Of a stretch of 36,975 bases of DNA, positions 1 through 8,254 are shown one piece after another. Each line of letters begins with the position of its first letter. The first letter of the stretch is position 1. This stretch comes from a virus. Taxonomy: Duplodnaviria; Caudoviricetes. The translations under genes and the position numbers were made by a program. Location: the IMG/VR virus record IMGVR_UViG_3300017780_004945, positions 1 through 36,975 of that record. One strand, written 5' to 3'. The notes beneath the pieces are model-generated. The model had not been told where the DNA came from, made no database searches, and saw only the letters and a program-made list of their open reading frames with translations.

Positions 1-123
1 GCTAGAAGCGCGTGAGCAAGAGCGTGAAGCAAAAATAAAGGCTGAGCAAGAGGAGAAGGAGAAAGCCGAGCGAGAGCAGTACATGCAAAAGGTTACCACC
101 GAGCGCAAGAACGCGATTGCTCA
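1..123. repeat. Terminal direct repeat, left copy (circular assembly overlap)
   Basis: Bases 1-123 (gctagaagcg...gcgattgctca) are identical to 36853-36975. The repeat lies inside an ORF that reads in frame across the join. Confidence 0.95.
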
Positions 124-517
124 AACGATTGGGAAGATCCTAAACAGTCCTGATTCAAACTTGCCTCATGATCCACGTGTTGTTGGGAGAATTGCGCAGT
201 ACATGCAACATTGCATTAGAAACGAAATCCCCTTCACGCAGGAATCGATTGTTGAAAAAGTAAATGAGGATTTCCGACAGGATTTTACTTCCTTTTTTTC
301 AAAGGCGAGCCCTAAGCAAATGTATGAGATGATAGGCCCTGACAGGGTTAAAGATCTAATGAAGTTTCACGTGGAACTAGCGAGCGGTCCAAAATCAGCG
401 CCAAAACCACAGGCAGTTCAACCCATTCGGCCAGGGTTAAAGAAGAAATACAAGACGATTGACGAGAAAAACGAAGAAGAATTTGGCAGCCGGTACGTTT
501 TCCCTGAAGACTATTAA
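1..517 (+). CDS. Capsid scaffolding protein, C-terminal part (full ORF is 36356..36852 joined to 1..517, 337 aa)
   Basis: The 83..517 track ORF is in frame with an ORF starting at ATG 36356 after an AGGAGAG RBS. It has an acidic N-terminus, a KYQVKVDGLEKEL motif and a charged coiled coil, and it lies between portal and capsid. Confidence 0.8.
   Translation, partial: LEAREQEREAKIKAEQEEKEKAEREQYMQKVTTERKNAIAQTIGKILNSPDSNLPHDPRVVGRIAQYMQHCIRNEIPFTQESIVEKVNEDFRQDFTSFFSKASPKQMYEMIGPDRVKDLMKFHVELASGPKSAPKPQAVQPIRPGLKKKYKTIDEKNEEEFGSRYVFPEDY
363..378. promoter_or_regulatory. parS-like site (ParB-binding palindrome)
   Basis: AGTTTCACGTGGAACT. Its reverse complement AGTTCCACGTGAAACT matches parS TGTTCCACGTGAAACA at all 14 inner positions. 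Confidence 0.65.
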
Positions 518-898
518 ATGATTGATCGGTTATTTGGAGAAGATAGGCTTTGGCGTGAAAAATGGTCTTACAAAGGAATGTTTCGACTTGCTGAAACAGA
601 GGAATATAACCTTCAAAAAATAAATAACCTTTTATCACCGTGGGTAGAACATAGGCTTACAACCAACATTGAAGCTATTGTAACACCAAAGTTCTTTTAT
701 GGTTTGAGTGAAGAGTTAGGAGCGCTTCGCGTTGTTTACAACGGGATAACCAAAACTAAAGAGAATTACATTGTCCTTCACTTGCATAACGTAAAGGCAA
801 AAATAACCTTTGATCCATATTTAAAAGATGGTTTGGTAGCTGTTTTTACAGAAAATAAAAAAACGATTGACTCAAATCCGAAAGTACCGTCACAATAA
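518..898 (+). CDS. Hypothetical protein (moron-like, between scaffold and capsid)
   Basis: 126-aa AT-rich ORF directly after the scaffold stop; no recognisable motif. Confidence 0.6.
   Translation: MIDRLFGEDRLWREKWSYKGMFRLAETEEYNLQKINNLLSPWVEHRLTTNIEAIVTPKFFYGLSEELGALRVVYNGITKTKENYIVLHLHNVKAKITFDPYLKDGLVAVFTENKKTIDSNPKVPSQ
867..896 (+). promoter_or_regulatory. Putative sigma70-type promoter for the capsid operon
   Basis: TTGACT (867-872), 18-bp spacer, CACAAT (891-896), directly before a ~175-nt non-coding leader. Confidence 0.45.
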
Positions 899-1075
899 GG
901 GTAATAGAATACTTTCACGGCACGGTGCTTGTCGATGTAAGTGTGCTACCCTTCTAGGACGTACGCTCGCTACCTTCCAGTAATCAGCTGCCCAATGGAC
1001 GTTGAATAAGCCATCCTTTGCAGAAAAGTTATTCGTTTAAGGTGATTTTATTAACTTTTTACGGAGGACAGCAAA

Positions 1076-2362
1076 ATGGCTGCAACCAATTCAACCAATT
1101 TACAAGGTGATTTTAAAGAAGCGTATGCGAGTGAGATCGAAAACCTCATTCCGCAATGTGCTTTTGTTCAACAAGAAGTTCCATTTATCAGCAGAGAGAA
1201 AAGAACAGGTAACCTGTTTCATCTCCCTGTAATTCTAACCAGCTCTCAGGGTTTCACATACGGAGCAGTTTCAAGCGGCGCGTTAACGCTCAATGATTCT
1301 ATTTCGATGAACACCCGAGATGCTCAGATTCAGGGTATTCAGCTCTGCCTTCAGAACCAAATCAGTTTTGAATCCGTTGCGAAATCCAAGCAGAACTCAT
1401 TCAAATCAGCTACCAAGCTGGTTATCGATGACTCTGTTGAATCGATGCGCAAACGTCTTGAGCTGATGTTTATCTACGGCGGTTCTACAACAGGACTTGG
1501 AACAATCACACAGAACTCTGATGTGAACGTTTCAGCCACTGAAACAACCATCATCGTAGACGAAGGCCAATGGAGTGCTGGTATCTGGTCAGGTCTTGAG
1601 AACTCAAAGTTTAACTTCTACGAAGGAGCTTCGACTCTTGTTTCTTCCGGCGCGGATGCAGTCTTCACTTTGGCAAGTGTTGATCCTGATACCCGAACAC
1701 TGACCATTACTGGTACGGCAACAGGTATCTCAGCGCTAGAAGCTCGCGTAACTGCGGTAGCAACGGTTCGTCCGTACTTCCAAGGTGCGTTTGGTGTAGA
1801 GGCTTCTGGTATCCAAGCGATCTTGTCGAACACTGGCACATTGTTCAACATCGATGCTGCAACCTACTCCCTATGGAGAGCAAACTTGCTTCCGATCACT
1901 GGTTCTCTGAACTACGGTCGAATTCAGCAAGCAGTAGCGAAATGCACAGTGCGCGGTCTTGATGAAGATGTCGTAGTTCTTGTAAACCCCATGGTCTACA
2001 TCGACGTATCGAACCAGATCACCGCTCTTCGACGCTTCACAAATGCTGAAGATAACAAGACGGGCAAAATGGGCGCAAGCGATTCGCTAACCTTCTACGG
2101 CCCTCAAGGAGCTATGGTAAAAGTGGTCCCTCACTTATTCGTAAAACAAGGCGATGCTTTCGTGTTGCCAATGAAACGAGTACTTCGAATCGGAGCACTT
2201 GATATGTCGTTCTCGCTTCTCGGGAATACATCGGAAGAGAACTTCTTGTACCCAATTCCAGGTACAAGCGCGTACTTCTTCTACTTGTACAGCTTGCAAG
2301 CGCTAATCATCATGACGCCTGCACGTTGCGCATACATTTCTGGCTTCTTGCCAACTTCTTAA
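1076..2362 (+). CDS. Major capsid protein
   Basis: 428 aa with a strong GGAGG RBS, located after the scaffold and followed by a terminator. The N-terminus (FKEAYASEIENLIP) and C-terminus (PARCAYISG) resemble HK97-fold podophage capsid proteins. Confidence 0.85.
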   Translation: MAATNSTNLQGDFKEAYASEIENLIPQCAFVQQEVPFISREKRTGNLFHLPVILTSSQGFTYGAVSSGALTLNDSISMNTRDAQIQGIQLCLQNQISFESVAKSKQNSFKSATKLVIDDSVESMRKRLELMFIYGGSTTGLGTITQNSDVNVSATETTIIVDEGQWSAGIWSGLENSKFNFYEGASTLVSSGADAVFTLASVDPDTRTLTITGTATGISALEARVTAVATVRPYFQGAFGVEASGIQAILSNTGTLFNIDAATYSLWRANLLPITGSLNYGRIQQAVAKCTVRGLDEDVVVLVNPMVYIDVSNQITALRRFTNAEDNKTGKMGASDSLTFYGPQGAMVKVVPHLFVKQGDAFVLPMKRVLRIGALDMSFSLLGNTSEENFLYPIPGTSAYFFYLYSLQALIIMTPARCAYISGFLPTS

Positions 2363-2371
2363 TTATTAACC

Positions 2372-2411
2372 AAAGAGGGGGGTGTTTCCACGTGAAACAT
2401 TCCCCTTTTTT
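2372..2411 (+). terminator. Intrinsic terminator after the capsid gene, with an embedded parS-like site
   Basis: AGGGGGGTGTTTC-CACGT-GAAACATTCCCCT hairpin followed by a T run. Confidence 0.8.
2383..2399. promoter_or_regulatory. Second parS-like site
   Basis: TGTTTCCACGTGAAACA equals canonical TGTTTCACGTGAAACA with one extra base; the last 14 nt match parS exactly. Confidence 0.5.
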
Positions 2412-2425
2412 GAAGGAGAATAAAT

Positions 2426-2944
2426 ATGGCTTTCCAAGTTTTAACCATCGAAACAACAGAAACAGCCGCCCAAGTATTGAGCATTGTTGACTTAAACAAT
2501 GGCGCTACTTCAGCGGTTCAATCGTATGAAAATTATCTAGCAGGTATCAACGGCGGTGTTTTCCGAGCTGAAATTGATATCGCAGTAGGCGGCGTTCAAG
2601 CGTCTGCTACTTTGACATCAACAGGTGCAGCTACGGCAGCGCAAACGGTGACAATAGGAAACGTAGTGTTGACAGCGGTAGCAGGTGCTCCGGCGGCCAA
2701 CGAGTTTACGCTTTCGGCAACACCGGCAACACAGGCGGCTAACATTGCGGCAGCCATTAACGCTTCTGCAAATTTGACGGGCATTGTAACAGCAACCTCA
2801 GCACTTGGAGTGACAACAATCACTGCCGTAGTGCCTGGAGTAGCTGGTAATGGGTTGCAAATATCTGAAACACTTTCAAACGTTACTTTAGTAGCGTTTG
2901 CTGGTGGTACGGCGGGAACAACTTTAGCAGTAGATATGAGCTAG
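2426..2944 (+). CDS. Virion structural protein (probable head decoration or minor capsid protein)
   Basis: 172 aa, Ala/Thr/Gly-rich and beta-type, with an AAGGAG RBS, immediately after the capsid gene. Confidence 0.55.
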   Translation: MAFQVLTIETTETAAQVLSIVDLNNGATSAVQSYENYLAGINGGVFRAEIDIAVGGVQASATLTSTGAATAAQTVTIGNVVLTAVAGAPAANEFTLSATPATQAANIAAAINASANLTGIVTATSALGVTTITAVVPGVAGNGLQISETLSNVTLVAFAGGTAGTTLAVDMS

Positions 2945-2945
2945 C

Positions 2946-4142
2946 ATGAGTGTAAACGTCACGATAAACGGTGTTACATACGCTCAACCAAACCAAGGAA
3001 CTCCACCACCTTGGGGCGATATTCAAGCCGATATTATCGTAGCTCTCGTCAATTCGGTTCTACAAAAGTCAGGCGGTACGTTCACTCTTACCGCCGAAAC
3101 TTATTTCGGGGCAACCTATGGTCTTAAGTCTCAGTACTATAAAGGGCCGACGGCTAATCCTTCGAGCGCGGGGGTTCTTCGTTTAGCTGTCTCTGAAGGC
3201 ATGGGGTGGCGCAACAATGCCAACGATGGAGATTTGCTTTTAACGGTTAACGGATCAAATGCGCTTCTTTTCAACGGGGTTCAATTGGCTGTGGGAACTG
3301 GCGACGTGGCTGGCCCTGGATCTTCGACGGATAACGCGATAGCAAGATTTGATTCGACTACGGGTAAAATCATTCAAAACAGTGGCGTTATTGTGGATGA
3401 CTCTAACAATATAACAGGAGTTGCATCTCTTACAGCAGCAACGGCAACCATTGGCGGAGTAGCTTTTACAGACAAAACCACAGGTGCTGCATCTTCAACA
3501 GATAACGCACTAGCAAGATTTGACTCTACCACTGGGAAAATTATACAAAACAGTGGCGTTATTATTGATGATTCAAATAACGTAACAGGTGTAGCAAGCT
3601 TAACTGCCTCAACGGCAACTATTGGAGGAGTGGCTTTTACAGATAAAGCTACGGGAGCAGCGTCGTCTACAGATAATGCAATACCCAGATACGACGGAAC
3701 GGGTGGAAAAACTCTTCAAGGTTCTTCTGTTATTGTAGATGACAGTAACAACATATCTAGCTCAGGAAATAAAATAGAATTGACTGGTTCCAATTTAGCA
3801 ACGGCGTCAGTTCCTACGGCTGATACAATTTATCCAAACTCTATGTGTAAGGGGTGGGCTTTTTTAACATGTGGAGCTGCAGGAGCGGTTACGATTAACC
3901 AAGGTTTTAATATAGCATCCGCAAGTTATAGCGGTTTATCGTTAACCGTTACGCTTCACACAGCGCTAGCAAATACAGAAGCGGCTATTGTTGGCAACAT
4001 ATCTACCGGCACCGCGATTTTTGTAGCCGACGAGATGTCGGGTACGTCGACCGTTATTTTGAAGCAATGGGATTTTGCAGGACTAGTTCAAAATTGGGGC
4101 ACGGGTGACAAAGTTCAATTTGTTATTTTTGGAATGCAATAG
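2946..4142 (+). CDS. Fibre-like virion protein with 57-aa tandem repeats
   Basis: The SSTDNAIARFDSTTGKIIQNSGV..DDSNN repeat starts at nt 3321, 3492 and 3663 (171-nt period), a motif typical of phage fibres. Confidence 0.7.
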   Translation: MSVNVTINGVTYAQPNQGTPPPWGDIQADIIVALVNSVLQKSGGTFTLTAETYFGATYGLKSQYYKGPTANPSSAGVLRLAVSEGMGWRNNANDGDLLLTVNGSNALLFNGVQLAVGTGDVAGPGSSTDNAIARFDSTTGKIIQNSGVIVDDSNNITGVASLTAATATIGGVAFTDKTTGAASSTDNALARFDSTTGKIIQNSGVIIDDSNNVTGVASLTASTATIGGVAFTDKATGAASSTDNAIPRYDGTGGKTLQGSSVIVDDSNNISSSGNKIELTGSNLATASVPTADTIYPNSMCKGWAFLTCGAAGAVTINQGFNIASASYSGLSLTVTLHTALANTEAAIVGNISTGTAIFVADEMSGTSTVILKQWDFAGLVQNWGTGDKVQFVIFGMQ

Positions 4143-4154
4143 AAGGGAAAAGAT

Positions 4155-5477
4155 ATGGCACTAAACACAGTTAAGACTTCGAAAATAGAAATCTTAGACA
4201 ACGAAGGGGATATCGCCAAAGAGATCTACCTTTCTAATGGCGTGATTACGATAGACGGCACTCCCATTTCGACAGGAGGCGGAGGAGGTGACATCAGCGG
4301 AAATGTTGGCGCAACCGATAACGCTTTGGTTCGAACAAATGGTACGGGCGGCTCAACGGTTCAAGGAGCGTCTCAAGTCACCATCGATGACAACGGCAAG
4401 CTAACCATTGATATTTCTACCGAGCAAGGGCTTGAAGTTAGTTCCTCCTTAGGCGCTGGCGCAGGACAGAATCTAGTTCTGATCGAAACTACGGATGCCG
4501 CATGGGATCGCCCGCTACTCCGCATCAATTGTGCCTCTGCGGCCGGTGGCGCAGCGAGTATACGAGTTGACGCACCGAATCCAAACCTGGAGCTGATTGA
4601 AACGGGGCAGGTTTCTCCGGCGGGCAAATTTGAGCTATCCGTGGAGAATGATCGATTTCAAATCAACGGAAGAAATGCAGCGGATAACTCGTTCGAACAG
4701 ATTTTAAATATTCACCGAGTCGAAGACGGCGGAATGGTGGGTATTGGCGCAGTTTCAGGCGATGTTCCAAACGCAAGACTGGAAGTAGCCGCTCCGGGTT
4801 CAAACTCTTACTTCATGCTCTCGCCCACGATTGGCGCAGCATCAGGCGACGTTCTGGATATTGATACAAGCGGTAACTTAGTTTTCAATGACCAAGGAAG
4901 TGCAGTCACAGCGCGCTTTGAAGGGGATACCGACGCGAACCTTTTTTACATTAACGGACCTCAAAATGAAGTTAACATCGGGATGTCCTCCAATCAAAAC
5001 GGAAAGCTTAACGTAAACGGAATTATTCAGAGCGGTCTTTCAGCAACGACAACGGGCGGTATTTGGATTGGAAACTCGGGCGGCGCTGGCTTCTCTAAGA
5101 TTGTAGCACCTGCGAGCGGATCAGACACAACTATTACATGTCCTGACGCAACGGGCACAATGGCGCTTAAGCATGTGGCAATCAATGCGCAAACCGCAAG
5201 CTATACGCTAGTCCTTGCCGACGACGGTAAAGTAATCACCATGAGTGTGGCTGGTGCTAACGATTTGACAGTCCCTTTAAATGCTACCGTCGCATTTCCT
5301 ACAGGTACACAGATTGTCGTGCAGCAACTGGGTGCTGGCCAAACAACCATTGTGGCAACGGGCGGCGTAACGCTTCAAGCGCAACCAGGTTTAAAAATAT
5401 CAGCTCAGTATGGTGTGGCGACACTCATTAAAACGGGAACAAATACTTGGATCGTTTGCGGAGCACTATCAGCATGA
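4155..5477 (+). CDS. Tail/head fibre protein
   Basis: Poly-Gly hinge, a TDNALVR fibre motif, GMVGIG..P.ARLEV and VNIG beta-helix motifs, and a C-terminal INAQTASYTLVLADDGK...TLIKTGTNTWIVCG fibre-tip domain. Confidence 0.75.
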   Translation: MALNTVKTSKIEILDNEGDIAKEIYLSNGVITIDGTPISTGGGGGDISGNVGATDNALVRTNGTGGSTVQGASQVTIDDNGKLTIDISTEQGLEVSSSLGAGAGQNLVLIETTDAAWDRPLLRINCASAAGGAASIRVDAPNPNLELIETGQVSPAGKFELSVENDRFQINGRNAADNSFEQILNIHRVEDGGMVGIGAVSGDVPNARLEVAAPGSNSYFMLSPTIGAASGDVLDIDTSGNLVFNDQGSAVTARFEGDTDANLFYINGPQNEVNIGMSSNQNGKLNVNGIIQSGLSATTTGGIWIGNSGGAGFSKIVAPASGSDTTITCPDATGTMALKHVAINAQTASYTLVLADDGKVITMSVAGANDLTVPLNATVAFPTGTQIVVQQLGAGQTTIVATGGVTLQAQPGLKISAQYGVATLIKTGTNTWIVCGALSA

Positions 5478-6214
5478 ACCTAAGCGTGATTGGAGCTATT
5501 GCTAGCGCAGTGGGTGATACAGGGTATCACTATGGATATCCCGCTTATGGCGCTGTTGAGCCAGATGTGGAAGCTCAATGGCTTTTTGATGAAGGAAGCG
5601 GCTCTATAGTCGATGAAGTCTCAAGTATAACTTTGACGGTCGACGGATCACCAACGTTTAATGTCACGGCGACAGGGGATTTTGCAGGCGTTTCTCCCGG
5701 AATTACCTACGCTCATGCAGGGCAAGTTCGACACAAGAAGAATCCATCTACAGATATATCTATAGGTACTTCTGATTTCACGTTCGAATGGTGGTTTAAA
5801 ACCTCGGACTCAACGAACACCTCAAACTATTTATTCTTTCATCATGACGATGCGACCAAAGGAATTTATGCCTTACTTAATTGCGTGACTCGAAATTTAA
5901 ACTTTTCACTGAAAGCTGATGACGGCACCAATGTCTCTATAAACTACACGCTTCCGGTCTCTTTCAATGATGGGGCCCTGCATAAGTACCGATGGGTATG
6001 CGATCGATCAGGGAACGGAGAACTTTTTGTCGACGGTACAAGTGTAGGTACGCAAGACATTTCAGGATTAAACGCAAAGGCAATAACTTTGCCAATACTT
6101 TGTTTTGGATCTTATGCTTTAGCCGTTTCTAATTTTGGAATCGATGGAACTTTCTTCGAGTTTCGAATCAGTTTCAATTTAACCAATAATAGCGGAGGGC
6201 CAAACGGTGGCTAA
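5474..6214 (+). CDS. LamG/concanavalin-A-like adhesin
   Basis: WLFDEGSG, IGTSDFTFEWWFK, DGALH, LFVDG and DGTFFEFRIS motifs. It overlaps the upstream fibre gene at ATGA, so ATG 5474 is preferred over the track start at 5447. Confidence 0.75.
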   Translation: MNLSVIGAIASAVGDTGYHYGYPAYGAVEPDVEAQWLFDEGSGSIVDEVSSITLTVDGSPTFNVTATGDFAGVSPGITYAHAGQVRHKKNPSTDISIGTSDFTFEWWFKTSDSTNTSNYLFFHHDDATKGIYALLNCVTRNLNFSLKADDGTNVSINYTLPVSFNDGALHKYRWVCDRSGNGELFVDGTSVGTQDISGLNAKAITLPILCFGSYALAVSNFGIDGTFFEFRISFNLTNNSGGPNGG

Positions 6215-6220
6215 AAACCT

Positions 6221-7012
6221 ATGCCGATAACGATTAAAGGGGATCGATTCGACTTTATCGACAGCAACGGTAATACCGAGGCGAGTCTGTATATGTCCAA
6301 CGGTGTTGCTAGTGTTGACGGTGTTCCTTTAGGCGGCGGCGGAGGAAGCGTCCCTCCCTTGTATGAAGGTGAAATCTATATTGGCGATGTATCAGAGGAG
6401 CCTGTTTCTACTGCGATATCTGGTGATATTACGCTAGGAACAGATGGCACTGTGACTCTTGGAAATGGAGCGGTAACAGGGCAAGCTTTGACAGGCATTA
6501 CGATTGAAGCGGGAGCAGTAACAAGCTCGTCAACCATTCTAGAAGCGTGCGGGTATTTTCAGCACAACATAACGACGATTGCGCAGGAAACAACGGGCCA
6601 GATTACTCAAGCGCAGATTCTTGACTTAGCTGGTAACCCTTTTGCATTGCTTCCGACGATTGATAGTGCGCTTGCGTACGTCGTTGATGAACTCCAAATC
6701 TTGCATGCATATTCAGTAGCAGCGTACACCGCTGGCTCTGACTTGATTCTGAAATACGGTGGCGGTTCGAGCTTGGCCTTACTTGATTCAACCTTTTTAA
6801 CAGGCGTTTCTAATGTACAGTCATTAATAAAACCGAGCGCGTACGACCTAGACGCAACGACAGGAACCTCCACGGGTTTTGATCTTCAAACTCAAGGCGG
6901 GAAGTCTATTGTACTTACTGTGTCAGGAGCAGATTTTACAGCAGGTAGCGCAGGAAATAAGATTTTTTACAGGCTGAGGTATCACGTAGTGAATATGTTA
7001 TCCTCAGATTAA
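6221..7012 (+). CDS. Fibre-like virion protein
   Basis: N-terminus homologous to that of 4155..5477; Gly hinge and an ISGDITLGTDG fibre motif. Confidence 0.6.
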   Translation: MPITIKGDRFDFIDSNGNTEASLYMSNGVASVDGVPLGGGGGSVPPLYEGEIYIGDVSEEPVSTAISGDITLGTDGTVTLGNGAVTGQALTGITIEAGAVTSSSTILEACGYFQHNITTIAQETTGQITQAQILDLAGNPFALLPTIDSALAYVVDELQILHAYSVAAYTAGSDLILKYGGGSSLALLDSTFLTGVSNVQSLIKPSAYDLDATTGTSTGFDLQTQGGKSIVLTVSGADFTAGSAGNKIFYRLRYHVVNMLSSD

Positions 7013-7021
7013 GGAGAAAGT

Positions 7022-7327
7022 ATGATGGAAATCGCAGATGAAAAAACAAGAGAACTAGTCGTTAACATCCTTCAAAGTGTCATTGATGACATGGGCGGGC
7101 TTACAGCGAAAAAGCTGATGCCTACGGAGTCACCCGAAACACCTGAACAAGTCGTTGAGATTCAAAAAGAAGAAGGACATCCAGAAGATGAAGCACTTCT
7201 CGCAGGTGCTCCGGCAAAGGGTGAGATTGAAATCGAAATGAATATGGAAGGCGAAGAAGTAACGGAGGAAGATCCAGAGCTTATGGCGCAGCTTCCCCGC
7301 TGGAAAAAGAAAATGAAAGGATACTAG
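7022..7327 (+). CDS. Acidic hypothetical protein
   Basis: 101 aa, Glu-rich with a basic tail; AAGGAG RBS. Confidence 0.6.
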   Translation: MMEIADEKTRELVVNILQSVIDDMGGLTAKKLMPTESPETPEQVVEIQKEEGHPEDEALLAGAPAKGEIEIEMNMEGEEVTEEDPELMAQLPRWKKKMKGY

Positions 7328-7330
7328 TCC

Positions 7331-8254
7331 ATGATTGATTACACCGTAGATCAGCTGGTCACAGATATCAAAACGACGGCTTCTGTGCCAGCGGCTCAGC
7401 CTCGTTTCACTACGGATGGAATCATCAAAATCATGACGAGGGTTCTTCAAAGCAAAATCATCCCGATGATGATGACGACACGGGAAGAATACTTTGTCGA
7501 CTATGAAGACTATACGATTGTTCAAGGAAACACTACAGGCTACGCTATCCCGACTAATGCCGTGGGGATGAAGGTTCGCTCGGTAGGTTTACTAAATCAG
7601 TCGGGAGCGCTAAACCTCACGAATTTGCCTCGGTTAAGTTTAGAGCAGATTTCAGGCTACTACTACGGTCAGTATGTTCCTTTTGGCTTCTACGTTCAGA
7701 ACAACAACATCATTTTGTGGCCGCCAAATCAAACGACGCCCTCCGATACGCTGAGAATGTACTATCTGAGACGCGTCAACGTACTAACTTCTTCGGTATA
7801 TTGCGGCCAAGTTGAGAGTATTGCCGGAAACATCCTAACTCTTTCCGATGTTCCTCTTTCATGGGTTGTGGGAGATACCATCAACGCGATTGACGCCGAG
7901 CCTGGCTTTAATACGGTCGCAAGAGAACGTGAAATTACTTTGATCTCTGGCAACGATGTCACGCTTGATGATGTGACGGACATTGCCGTAACGAATTGGA
8001 TTGCTCTTGACGGATACAGTCCAATTGCTCAGGTTCCTGTCGAAGTGCATCAGTTACTCGTTCAAGCCGCTTCTTTAGAGATTCTAAAAAGCCTTGGAGA
8101 CACCGAGGGCTATCAAAAGCTGGCGGTGGAATACAAGATGCTGGTTAGCTATGTGATGGACGTAATTACGCCCCGAGTCGATGGCAGTGTCAAAAAGGCC
8201 ATTCCTGCAGGGAACGGTATAGCTTCGTGGTGTGGGTTCGGATGGAGAAGCTAG
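7331..8254 (+). CDS. Head-tail adaptor (tail tubular protein A-like)
   Basis: 307 aa located before the nozzle gene. FYVQNNNIILWP...LRMYY and VPVEVHQLLVQAA patterns resemble podophage adaptors. Confidence 0.65.
   Translation: MIDYTVDQLVTDIKTTASVPAAQPRFTTDGIIKIMTRVLQSKIIPMMMTTREEYFVDYEDYTIVQGNTTGYAIPTNAVGMKVRSVGLLNQSGALNLTNLPRLSLEQISGYYYGQYVPFGFYVQNNNIILWPPNQTTPSDTLRMYYLRRVNVLTSSVYCGQVESIAGNILTLSDVPLSWVVGDTINAIDAEPGFNTVAREREITLISGNDVTLDDVTDIAVTNWIALDGYSPIAQVPVEVHQLLVQAASLEILKSLGDTEGYQKLAVEYKMLVSYVMDVITPRVDGSVKKAIPAGNGIASWCGFGWRS

Noticed and set aside
1-123. Biological terminal repeat (T7-like) or att site
   Set aside because: The repeat lies in the middle of a CDS and looks like an assembler overlap; no integrase is present.
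169-184. Third parS-like site (TGATCCACGTGTTGTT)
   Set aside because: Only one half-site resembles parS (about 10/16), which is compatible with chance.
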